From positions 1 to 55,188 of the forward strand of contig PS015178.1 of the NCBI GenBank assembly GCA_048213135.1: a stretch of 55,188 nt of DNA, written 5' to 3'. The DNA is from Reclinomonas americana ATCC 50394. Lineage: Eukaryota. Below are positions 24,017-35,904 of the stretch, piece by piece. The position numbers and the translations under genes were made by a program. The notes beneath the pieces are model-generated. The model had not been told where the DNA came from, ran no database searches, and worked only from the letters and a program-made list of their open reading frames with translations. Positions within the stretch are counted from its first letter, which is position 1; each line of letters opens with the position of its first letter.

Positions 24017-25907
24017 TCAATGCGCCCTCTTCCGTGCACGCGTCTTTTTCCGTCGCTGTTCTTGCTGCACCTCCGTGGCCATCTCAGTGAGGTGTGCAGC
24101 GGGCATTCAGGTGGTCAGCACTCCGCGCCGTCTTCATCACGTCACGACTGCCTCTGCGGAGATGGCCACCACAGCTCCGCTGGAGGTGCCGGCGGCGATG
24201 CATGTGCCTGAGTGTGCATGCGTGCGTGTGAGGGAACAGGTGAGAGGGAGGGAGGGAGGACAGGGATGGGGGACCTGAGCTGTCGACCGCCACGGCACAG
24301 ATGGAGTACGAGGTGACTTCCGGATCGACGTGGGGCGGGTAGGCGTCGTCGCCACTCTGCGACAAGGTGACTGGTGCTGGCGACGGCGTCGGACCAGTCT
24401 GTGACACAGCGCGCCGTTGCAGCTGGCGCACCACGGACTCGGTTTCGGAGAAGGGCGAGTGCGACAGCCAGAGGTTGACACGCCCCGCCGCAGTGCCACA
24501 GGCCACATGTCTGTGTCATGAGAAGGAGTCAGGAGGCGGGCGTAACATTGGAGAGCTATGCCGTGTGCTCTGCGCACTCCCACCTGTCGTGGTGAAAGAC
24601 CACAGGTCGGCAGCCCTGCGGCACCGTCGCGTTGTCCAACAGCGTGCTCGTGTTCTGCACCAGCGTGCGTTGGTTACACACACACACCCCAGCAAGACGA
24701 CGAGGGCCAACAAAAACACCTTGCACGACAGCAAATCCCACACTCGCAAGGTGCGATCGCCGGCCTCGGTCACCAGCGAGGTGCCGTCCGTCATGCACGT
24801 CACCGAGCGAACCTGGAGTTCCGTGAGTGAGCCACGAAATAGAAGGCTGGCATTGTGAGCACACGCTCTCTACTCACCGACTCGGCGTCGTGCAGCGGCT
24901 GCTGCCCCGTGCGCCCACTCGATCGGCCCTGCCGACGGCTGGCCACGGCCAGTTGGTGGACCGGCTCCGCTCCAGCCCGCACATCATACGTCATGATGTG
25001 GCCACCACACGCCGTGTGCAGGGCGTACGGGCACCACGACTCTGGCAGCGCCAGCGACGTGGTCTCGGCCGACAACGAAGGCCGGAAGACTTGCAACTGT
25101 TGCCTCGTTTGCACGTCCCAGTGACTGCACTTGGATCGGTCAGCGGCTGAGATGCAAAGGAGAGCGCGTGCTCGTCGACGCAACATTAATTGCCTGTCAC
25201 CACCGCATGATACACACACCGCCAGATCGCTGCTGGCCACGCAGTCGCCAACATACGACGTGTGGCCGGCCAACCGCACCACCGGCTTTGTCAGTGCCTC
25301 CTGCACGCACAGAAGAACCCACTCAGCTCGACTTCTCTGACGCGAGGCAGGCATTCTCTTGCGCACCTCATTCGCACTGGCGATATCCCACATGAGCACC
25401 GTGCCTGACGAGGAGGAGAGTGAGAACGATGAACACACATGCGCGAGATCTGTTGATGCGATTCTCCTCACCATCCGCACAAGCTGCAACCAACCGCGAC
25501 GAGCTCCCTCCACATGTGCGCAGACTGCACTCGCCACAGTCACTCTCACAGTCCCCACTCGAGAGCACGCACGCGCTGCGCACACACACCTGTACACAGA
25601 CGACCCCAGAGTCGCTCTCCTGTGCTCCGCAATGTTGTGCGCGGCCACCAACTGCCACGCATCGCCACTCACCAGTGGCGCGCGCATCAACCGCACAGTG
25701 CCGCCAAAGTCAGCCACAGCCAGCAGCTCGTGTCCATCCAGTGCTGCCGCAGTGCTTGTGATCAGTCACATGTTGACAGAGAGAACGAGGAGAGCTGACG
25801 CAACAGCGACAGAAGCACATGCTGGTGACGGCATCGACGCTGCTATCATCCACACGCACCACACGTGAGCGTGCGAGTCGATCGCACACCAACTCGGCGG
25901 CGCTCAT
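24017..25907 (-). CDS. WD40-repeat protein
   Basis: DFGGTVRL, GTVLMWD, LAGHTSYVGDC...VSCGGDRQLM.WD and LVTEAGDRTLRVWDL; multiple introns. Confidence 0.8.
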
Positions 25908-25965
25908 CACGTTTGCAGTTCGGTGCGCGGGAAAAGCTGTCAAAACCCGACAACTCATTCCGCGG

Positions 25966-27530
25966 ATGAGCAGCGAGGCGGCTGCAGCTGGTGCTGCTGC
26001 TGTGCTGCATGCGCCGCCATTACGGGAGCAGGAGGAAGAAGAGGAGGACTTGGCTCGCGATGTGCAACTCGTGCAGCAGGCCGCCGTGCTGCAATTGAAG
26101 GAGCGACTCGGCGATGCGCGTGTGCGTGTCAGAACAGCGGTGGTTCGTGGGCGTGGAAGAGGGGGCGAGAACGGTAGGCAAGCGATCCCAACACAAGAGT
26201 TGCCGCGCGCACAGACGCAGGTGCAGCAGCAGACCGATGCCATGTTGGCCGGTGTGGCTCCGCAGCTGGAGGCGCTGGGGCATGTGATCGAGCATGCGGA
26301 GGGTGCGGAGGTGCAGGAAAAGTTGCAGGAGTTCATGGCGCGAGTGAATGAGCAGTCGGCGGCGCTCCTGCATCGGCTGGAACCGCTGTCGGACGTCGTC
26401 AATGAGGCACTGCAGGATGCGATGGCGACAGAGGGCACGGCGGCGGTGGCGGCGACCGAGGAGCTGGGCGATTCGGTGACTGGCTTTGTGGAACGGGCGC
26501 GGCTGCAGGTGCGTGTGGCCACCGACAAGCTGCACGAGATGCGAGCGCGAACCGAGGCACTGGTGCGATCGCTCGCTGAGCGCGTCGGGGAGGAGCGAGT
26601 GGTGCTGCAGCAGCGGTTTCAAGAGGTTTTTCTTTTGCTGTGTTCGTGGTAGAAAGCGAGCAGTGTCTGAAGAGAGCAACAGGCACAGGCTACAGTGATG
26701 CACGCGGTTCGTGTGGCTGCCGAGGCCACGCGCACCTCGTGTGCCATCATCGCCAGCGAGTTGCAAGCTCGGTACCAGGCCGTGAAGAGTGCTCTCGGCA
26801 AGCATCTGGCCGGCATTGTGGCGCTCGATGTGTCGTTGGATCGGAAAGGTACAGTGATCTTGCGCTCCGTCGCCAGAGTGGAACTGCGCACTGATGAAAC
26901 AAGTCGGCAGTGTTTGATTACACGGTCGAGTATGGTGTATCGACGCTGAAGGCATGCGTGTGGTTCGTTACTCGCCTTTCCCGTGTTATGGATGCCGCGT
27001 CTCACTCATCGACAATCGCAGGGCCTACGCCTGTGCCATCTGGTGTGAAAACTCGCGCGTGTCTCGCCAGCTGTCAGTCGAATTCTTATCGCCGTGTGGC
27101 GCACCGCCAGCACGTGCTGTCTCTCGTGCATCTGCTTTCGATACAGGAAACGCAAACTAAAGGCGCTGATTCTCACGAGGGGCTGTGGACTCACCCTGAA
27201 GGCCATGCGCAAGGATGGCACTGTGGACGAGTACCGGCTTGGCGACATTGTTGGCGAGTAGTTGCCTGGTGTCACCCTGCCCGTGAATCCCTCCCTCACG
27301 TGGACTGCGATTCCACAGATATTGCGTCGGCCACCGCCAAGGCACTGAATGCACCCGGTGTTGTGGACGCAGCACGAAGGGTGTACGCCGTCGGCGTTTC
27401 GGCGCGTACACGGGTGGCGATGCGAGGCAACCGCGCTGGACGAGCTGCGGCTGCAGCAGCGGCGGCCTCCGGCACCGAAGCCGCACAGCAGGTGATGGGC
27501 GACGTGGAGAGCGGTGGTGGCATCACATGA
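25966..27530 (+). CDS. Amphipathic-helix/coiled-coil hypothetical protein
   Basis: Ala/Glu/Gln-rich helical exons separated by short GT-AG introns; stop at 27528-27530. No family assigned. Confidence 0.55.
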
Positions 27531-27625
27531 GTGTACAAGCAGAAAGACTTTGTGTTCACAATTCAACAGAAAACAAGCAAAACAAGAGAAAGAGAAAGGA
27601 GAACCGTACACCCCAGCGTGCATCC

Positions 27626-29783
27626 TCATGTTCGTCGCTGCTGTTGTGGTTGATGGTGCTGCTGTTGGTGATCGTGAGAGCCATGCAGTACGTCCAGCTG
27701 ACGCAGCTCATTCTGCAGCGTGGTAAAATTGGTGTGCGACGCTGCCAGTTCACGAGCGTGCCGCTCCTTGCTCTCCGCCAAGTCGGCCAGCAGGCGCTTG
27801 TTGGTCGCCGTGAGGCTCCTACTCACACCAATGAGCTGCAGGAGAATTTGGGAGACATGCCACGCACGGCCCAACAACGCAACTCATGAGCCTCGCGAAG
27901 CATGGCGACAACTTGCTCACCCAGCCGCTCCTTGTTCCTTCCCGTCTGCTCCATCCCACGTAGTCGCTCATTCTCCGCCCGCAACACCGACAGTTCCTGC
28001 GCTTGCAGCTCCTGCACCACACCATCACATACACAGCATGTCAAGAAAAGTATGCACACTGTTTTCCAACGGGAGACACATCAACGGTTCCACGAAACAG
28101 CAGTCTCCACGGCAGCCCGCAGTTTGCTCTCGGCAGTGGCTGCCGAAATGCGCTCGGCCTCCAGCTGGAACTGCTCGTTTGCTCGTAACCGCTCGTGCTG
28201 CTTGGCAAACTCCTCCGTGGCATCGGCCCTGCCAGCTTGGTACAATCGGCGGAACACACTCTTCACAATCACTGCAGTCTCGTTTGGTCGACGGCAGAGG
28301 CCACAGCAAGGGCGAAGAACGCAATACGCACCACGCAGAGTGCCATTCTCCGACACCGCCGCACCACTGTGTCGATTCTCCTGCACGGCCAACTCAATGG
28401 CCTCCAACAGTTTCGTCTCCAGCTCCGCCACATCGCTCGGCAAGTGCTCATCACTGACACCGACAGAGTGGTGGGCCCACTGCACAGCGGTAGTCGTGAG
28501 TATGATCCTCCTGATGGAGATTCACGCCTCCCGCACCTCATGTAATCTCTTTTGTGGTGTCAGTGTACTCAGTGGCGCAGAAGCAGAGGCAGTGGTGCCA
28601 TCGCCAGCACTCGTGCCGAGCACACGACGTGCACGAGCCGCCGCCTGGCGAATGCCCTGTCGTGAGGATGACAGTCCGTCGTCTTCGTCGCCATCACCGT
28701 CGCTGTCGCTGAGTGCCATCACTGTGTCGGGTGACTGGAACGACATTGCACCACGACCGTCGCTACCAGGTGCACGTCGATCACGCGCCCTCGGCTCCAT
28801 AGTCTCATCTGCTCATGCGTTTGTCGGCGTGAGTTGGCGAACAGGCAGTCGACTTGTCTAAAGCACACACACAAACACACACGCACATCTCCTGCGGTCC
28901 AACTCTGCCAGCCGCCGTTCCGCCTCGAGTGTAAGTGAGCGATCCACAGTGTCGAGCAGTCGCTGGCGACCGCCAGCACCCTCCCCACCGCTCATCCACG
29001 ACGAATCTGGCAACGAAGCACGCCGGTCAACTGCCGCCGACGCAGCTGCCGCCTTGACCTTCTTCAGCTTCTTCCCACCGTTGGCGACTGCGGCCTTCGG
29101 TGGCGGTTCCGCCAGCTCACGCAACCGCGACGCCACTGCAGCCTTTCGCGTTCTTTCCGGCCTCTTTCCACTCTCATCCGCCGACAACGATCGTCGCACG
29201 GCATCGCCACCGACCATGCGCGATGCAAAGGCTGGCACACTCAGTGGCGCCGGCGAGAACAACGTGAACGTATCGCCCTCATCACCGCGACCCCATGCAC
29301 TCGGCTCCAGGCCCGAGATCGACGACACCTCGCCATCATCGTACTCGTCCTCGTCTTCATCGTCGTCATCGTCATCCTCGTCGTCCTCGTCGTCGTCTTC
29401 TGAGGAACGCCATGCCAGTCCCGACTGCTCACCCGAGTCCGACACCTCCTCCCCGTTGCGTGGACGTCGGCGTTCACCAGAGGTCGCACGAGAGGCCTTG
29501 CCACCACCACCACCACCACTGCGCTTCTTCACGCGACCACCGTTCGGTGCAGTCACGCGGCGTTTCGACGAACTGCGTGCGGGCGTTTGAGTGGACAGCA
29601 TCATCATCATCGCACCAGCCACACACACACACACCCGTACGAGTCGGCGTGCACTGACGGCACCATGACGGTGGAGGTGAGACGTGGTCGTGTGACACCG
29701 TTGCCGTTGGACAGTGTTGTCGTCGCGGTCCCTCCCGTGACTCGCGCGCCCATACGACGTGTCGTGCCGGTGCCACTGAGCAT
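27626..29783 (-). CDS. Hypothetical protein with a basic/acidic disordered N-terminus and a C-terminal coiled coil
   Basis: Coding-like ORF segments at 28858-29590, 28081-28800 and 27626-28020. An E2F-like TTTTCGCGCGC lies at 29834-29844 upstream. The start and some junctions are uncertain. Confidence 0.55.
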
Positions 29784-29933
29784 CGAGCGCGAGAGCGGCT
29801 GCGACGCCGACGAACCGCGCTGCATTTCTTTGTTTTTCGCGCGCAAACAAGTCGGACAGGACAGCGAAGGCCATGGATTACTGCTTATTATATGAGGAGG
29901 GAGAGCGACATGCATCATCTCCACAGCTGCCAT

Positions 29934-32900
29934 TTACGATCGGGTGTCGTATTCAAACGATGTCAACGAGCGACGTCGCATGAGATTTTTCAGCGGCGCC
30001 TGCTGCTGCGAGTTGTCGGAGCCGGACGGTGCGGGTGCGAGGCGATCGGTGCGGGCCTCATCGGCATCGACATCATCGTCGTTGTCGTAGGGGGTGTCGA
30101 CGGGAGTCGGAGTCGGCGACGGCGAGGTGGGAGTCATGGAGCGGACATCTGGCGACAAGCGTCGGCGCTTGAGCGCCTGCTGCCCGTCTGCATCGTGCGC
30201 CGCATGCATGACATGACGGTCGGCATCGCCCGTTTCGGAGGCATCGGACCGCCGTTTGCGCTCGCGTACCGGCACGTCCGCGGGCGGCGTATCCACCGGA
30301 CTGGGCGACGGCAGCTCGCCTCTGGCTGCGGCGGCGGCTGCGGCTGCTGCTGCTGCTGCGACTGCCGCCGAGGTGCGAAGCACCCGACGACGGCGCAGTA
30401 CCGAGTGCGCGCTCCGACCCTCCTCTACAAACTTGAATGCCTCGAGCCGATCGAGTGAAACCGCAGACTGCAGCGCAGCCGGTGGCGGGGGCGGAGGAGG
30501 AGGAGGAGAAAGAGGCGACTGTGGAGGTGGTAGTGCTGCGCGCGTTGGTGGGGCGGTGGGAGGAGACACGCCGATGGCGCCTCCAAGGCGCCCCCGTCGC
30601 TCCTCCCGGCCCGTCACTGCAATGTTCATCACGTCGGTGGGCGCCAGCGGCGCTCGATGCCGACGATGCTGTGTCTGCGACAAGGACGACGAGGGCGAGG
30701 GTGCTGGTGTCGAGGGCGACGGTGAGGCGGAGCCAAGAACGCCGCCCAGACTGTTTTGCGACAGGTGGCGTCGCGAGGCACTGCTGCCTCGGTCGTCCTC
30801 ATCCTCATCTTCACCGTCGTCGTTATCGCCACCACCGCCCCGAGCATCGCGATCGTTCACCTCCGTGCTGTCGTCTGCAAAGCCTGCTGCCGGCGTCGTC
30901 ACCTCGTCATCGTCAAGCGTCGCCGCAGCCTCTCCATAGTCTTCCAGTGGTGTGCGAGCTTCGGCGACGGCGTCTTGTGCACGGAATGCAAAGCGGGCCA
31001 GCAGCGCACCAATGGGTCGTCGCCTGCCTCGCGACACTGAACCGTCGGCACCACTCGGCGTCGTTGATGGTGAGCGCTCCTCGCCATCGGACAGGGGAGA
31101 CGACTCGCCGAGGCCGGAGGTGGTTCGGCGTGGCAGAGTCAGTCGCATTGCAGCTGTCTCGCTCACGGCCATTGCAGCAGTAGCAGTCGTGGTGGTGGTG
31201 GATGTCGTCGTCGTCGTTGAGGCGGTCGTTGTGAATTCGGCCGCTCGATACGACAATCGCCCCGAGAACAGGTGCGACACGTTGACCAGCGGCGAAGTCG
31301 GCGAGGCGGCCTGCAGCGACGGTTTCTGTTTCTGCCACCAGTGAGTCTCTCTGTGATGGTCGCAGCAAAGCAGATGGATTCCACACCTGCAACGGTCGGT
31401 TCTCATCGTGCTGGAAGAACCGACTGCGTCGTGCAGTGGCCGACTGCGGAGTGGATGCGGTGGTCGGTGTGGAGTCGGCGTCGTCTGCGGAGCAAGTGAG
31501 CGCAAGAGGGAGACAGTGTCTGTCGTACAGAGGAGGAGGGAATGCAGCCGCACCGGAGCCTGGGGTGTCGACACTGAGTGGCGACGGAGGTACAAAGGGT
31601 CGTGAGGCGCCGCTCGGACGACTGACGGCAGCTGTTGATGTAACAGGAGATGGTCAGCAGAGCGAGCGGGGGAAAAGGGGGAAGAGGCGGCAACCGATAA
31701 CAGCAACACCACGCACTCATGTAGTTGAAAATGGTGGAGCCAGCACGGTCGATTGGCAAGCGCAGCGACTTGCGCTCCGCAGGCTGGTCGGCCAGCAAAG
31801 TGGGACTCACCACCGTGGCTACCGACGGACCGGCTCTCCTCTGCAGCGACTTGGAGACTGGCTTGCGCGGCACTGCCACCCACCCACCAGCCTTGTCCAT
31901 CGACGACAAGGTCGGTGGCGACGGTGCTGTCGACGCAGCAGCTGTTGCGCTGGTGGTGGTTGTTGTTGTTGTTGTCGACGTTGGGTCTGAAGGTGCCGCA
32001 TGCGTGGTGCCTCCTAACCTCTCCTCGGCCAACACCCTGCGACTGATTAAGCAAAAGAGGAGAGAGAAAAAGAGAGGGCCACGACACAGGCACTCAACTC
32101 GGCAAACGGCCGCATCGACCGCGGCTCCAACTCGCCACACACGAGTGCGACCGCCGTCTCCTTGTCCAGCATTTCACCGACAAACTCCAAGTCGTCGGTG
32201 CCCAGCAAGCTCTCGTCTGGCTCCGAGAAGTGACACAAGCGCTTGGCTATGGGATCAAAGACCACCTGATAGCGAAACACCAACTCTGCGCGACGGAATT
32301 CGTCGGCGTACTCTCGTGGCACGGTGATGCGGTGGTCGAATTGCAGTCGCGACAGCACACGGTCCACCTCGCGGTACTGCTGCACCATCTGGTGTGCCTT
32401 CTTGATGCCCACATTGTGAATGTTGGGCAGGTAGTCGCACCCACAAAAGATGCACAGACGAGTGATCATGTCGGGGGTAAACGACGCAAATGACAGCTGC
32501 TGGTTGGCGCCAAGCATCTGCCACCAACAACGTGAGTCGCCTCTCTCCTCGATCTCCTCTCAGGCACACACACAGAGCGAGTGCAGCGTGCCTTGTACTT
32601 GAGCTCCTGCGCCTCGCCATCATTGTTCATCTTGAAGAGGATGCGCCGGCACTGGTACGCCACCAAATCACTGTCTTCGGTGATCACAGCCTCCACATAG
32701 TCCGTGTTGCACAGGTACGCCAGCTGCGCATCGGCCTCATACGGCGCCACCATGAACTCCACACCCTCAGCACGCAGCGCCTGCTGGAACGCATACGTCA
32801 TGCCCGCCGTGACCTCAATGCCCTTGCGGAAGCACTCGTTCGCCTGCCCAGCAGCAGCACACACATTCACGACAAGTCCTTGTGCGGCGGCAATCATGAC

Positions 32901-33398
32901 ACGCGCGCGTAACTTCCTGCGCACGTCCCTCGCGCAGCAGTGCCAGTCCGCGCTCTCGTCCTTCCTTGCGCGACTTGTTGCGTCCCTCGTTGGTGCCGCG
33001 CTTGGCTGGCAGTGGGCGCCCATCAAACACGATCACTGGCACCACATTGTGATGCCGCAAGAGACCAACCATGCGCATGCAGTATGCCAGGTATCTGTGT
33101 GAGTGTGTGAGTGTGTGTGTGAGAGTAGAGGGGGGAGTGGTGGAGGTGAAACTTGGTGGACGGCATGTTGAGGCACAGTTCGCGCGCGCAGGCATATGCG
33201 CCCCTGTGCAGCCACGCTGACGCATCCACGGCCACCTGTGCGTGTGCGCACACATGCGAATGAGCGACAGTGTGTGTGTGTGAGAGAGAGAGCGCAAACA
33301 CACACACAACACGCGCTCACCTTCTTGCCTGCGTACTTGGAGACGTGCACAGTGACAAGGCATGACTTGAGGTGCGTGAGGAGGTTGGATATTCCCAT
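29934..33398 (-). CDS. EXO1: Exonuclease 1 (XPG/FEN1 nuclease family)
   Basis: MGISNLL, VAVDASAWLHRGAYACA, VFDGRPLPAKRGT, VAPYEADAQLAYL, ITEDSDL, GCDYLPNIHNVGIKKA and FRYQVVFDP, followed by a long disordered C-terminus. Confidence 0.95.
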
Positions 33399-34331
33399 GA
33401 CGCGGGAGAGTGGTCGTTGTGTAGACCACGCACTCGCGCGCGAGTTGCAACTGTGAGCGCAGCGCTTGTGTAAACCACGCGCAGGAGGGGTTTGCGATGG
33501 CAATGCCGGGCAAACCGGCACGTCATCGCTGCGCATTTGTCCCGCCCATCATTTCGTTGTTTTTTTCGACGGAGCATATGTTGCGTGTCTGTGTGGCTCT
33601 GTGTCGGTGTGGAAGAGTGCATGTGCGCGTGTGAAGAAGGAGAGCAGAGAAACGATTGTGCTTTGTGAGTTTGGTGCACATCAGAAGAAAACACGTGTGC
33701 GCATGGCTTGTGTCTGTGTGCCATAGTGCACCACAGCAGCAGAGGTGGATGTTGAGGACAGCGAGCAGGGGAGAAAGAATGCATGTGGGGCATGGTGTAC
33801 ATGTCGTAGACATGCATGTGCATGCCCACGCACTCGCTCACTCACTCACCTCCCNNNNNNNNNNNNNNNNNNNNNNNNNNNNNNNNNNNNNNNNNNNNNN
33901 NNNNNNNNNNNNNNNNNNNNNNNNNNNNNNNNNNNNNNNNNNNNNNNNNNNNNNNNNNNNNNNNNNNNNNNNNNNNNNNNNNNNNNNNNNNNNNNNNNNN
34001 NNNNNNNNNNNNNNNNNNNNNNNNNNNNNNNNNNNNNNNNNNNNNNNNNNNNNNNNNNNNNNNNNNNNNNNNNNNNNNNNNNNNNNNNNNNNNNNNNNNN
34101 NNNNNNNNNNNNNNNNNNNNNNNNNNNNNNNNNNNNNNNNNNNNNNNNNNNNNNNNNNNNNNNNNNNNNNNNNNNNNNNNNNNNNNNNNNNNNNNNNNNN
34201 NNNNNNNNNNNNNNNNNNNNNNNNNNNNNNNNNNNNNNNNNNNNNNNNNNNNNNNNNNNNNNNNNNNNNNNNNNNNNNNNNNNNNNNNNNNNNNNNNNNN
34301 NNNNNNNNTGTCTCCACCACACACAGACCCA

Positions 34332-35694
34332 ATGGCTGACGGAGCTTCGGCCGGGACTGGCGAGGGACGTGGCGGTGGACGCGGTGGCTTTGGCCGTGGT
34401 GGGTTTGGCCGCGGACGTGGTGATCGCGATGGCGGCGAGGGTGGCCGTGGTGGACGCGGTGGCCGCGGCGGTCGCGGTGGACGTGGCGGCCGTGGTGGTG
34501 GCCGCGGTGGTCGCGAGGAGAAGGCCTGGGTGCCGTGCACGAAGCTCGGTCGCCTGGTCGACGCTGGCCTGATCAAGAGCATTGAGGAGATCTTCCTCTT
34601 TGCGCTGCCGATCAAGGAGGCCAAGATTGTCGATCACTTCCTCGGCAAGGACCTCAAGGACGAGGTGCTCAAGATCCAGCCTGTGCAGAAGCAGACTCGT
34701 GCCGGTCAGCGCACTCGCTTCAAGGCATTNNNNNNNNNNNNNNNNNNNNNNNNNNNNNNNNNNNNNNNNNNNNNNNNNNNNNNNNNNNNNNNNNNNNNNN
34801 NNNNNNNNNNNNNNNNNNNNNNNNNNNNNNNNNNNNNNNNNNNNNNNNNNNNNNNNNNNNNNNNNNNNNNNNNNNNNNNNNNNNNNNNNNNNNNNNNNNN
34901 NNNNNNNNNNNNNNNNNNGTGGTCGTCGGCGATCACAATGGTCACATTGGCCTCGGCGTCAAGTGCTCCAAGGAAGTCGCCGGTGCCATTCAGGGTGCCA
35001 TTCTGGCGGCCAAGCTGGCCATCCTGCCCATTCGCCGTGGCTACTGGGGCAGCAAGATCGGCACCCCCCACACTGTGCCCATCAAGGTGAGCGAGGAGGA
35101 AGGAAGGAGGGGAGAGAGTGTGGGATGCTCTTTTCTTTTTGTTGTTGCTGCTTGCTGCTGCAAGTGATCTCTGCTCCGCTTCCGTGATGATTCCATTTCT
35201 GTCTCTTGACGATCAAATTATGGAAGACAGATTAACCATCTTTCGGGACTGATGAAGATGGTGTCGACACTTGCAGCAAATGGCAGCAGTCTGCCTGCGC
35301 CCTATCTCCCTCTCTCTCTCTGTCGTTGATGTGGGGTAGCACACTGTCTTGCAATGCATTGTTGCTCACTGGCGCACGACTCGACCAGGTCACTGGCAAG
35401 TGCGGCTCTGTGCGCATTCGCCTCGTGCCGGCCCCGCGCGGTACTGGCATTGTCGGTGCCCCGGTGTCGAAGAAGATCCTGCACTACGCTGGCCTGGAGG
35501 ACGTGTACACGTCGTCGTCTGGCCAGACTGCCACCCTCGGCAACTTTGCCAAGGCTGTCTTCAACGCGGTCCTCAGCACCTACACCTTCCTCACCCCCGA
35601 CCTGTGGAAGAAGACCAAGTTCCGCCAGACTCCGTACCAGGAGCACACCGACTTCCTGTCGACTCAGAAGCTGAAGAAGCGCGTGGAGGAGTAA
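34332..35694 (+). CDS. RPS2: 40S ribosomal protein uS5 (S2)
   Basis: RGG-rich N-terminus, [41 protein letters not shown] and TLGNFAKA. Confidence 0.98.
35179..35257 (+). ncRNA. Intronic box C/D snoRNA, snR39B/SNORD2-like, guiding LSU rRNA 2'-O-methylation
   Basis: Box C GTGATGA at 35184-35190, box D CTGA at 35249-35252, terminal stem CTTC/GAAG. The guide ACCATCTTTCGGG is complementary to the conserved LSU sequence CCCGAAAGAUGGU. Confidence 0.9.
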
Positions 35695-35904
35695 TTCCAC
35701 CCTCGCCAACGTCGGCTTGTTACACGCTGTGCATTTGCATGAATGAATGGTGTGCTGCATACTCCCCGTTGAATTCGATTTTGAACACATGATTGCTTCT
35801 TTCATTTCCAGTAGAAGGTGGGTTATTGCTTCTCGTCTGGCCCACTAGATACGTGCTTCCGCACCGCAGACGCGACCTCATCGAATCGCGGATACGGGAA
35901 GCAC

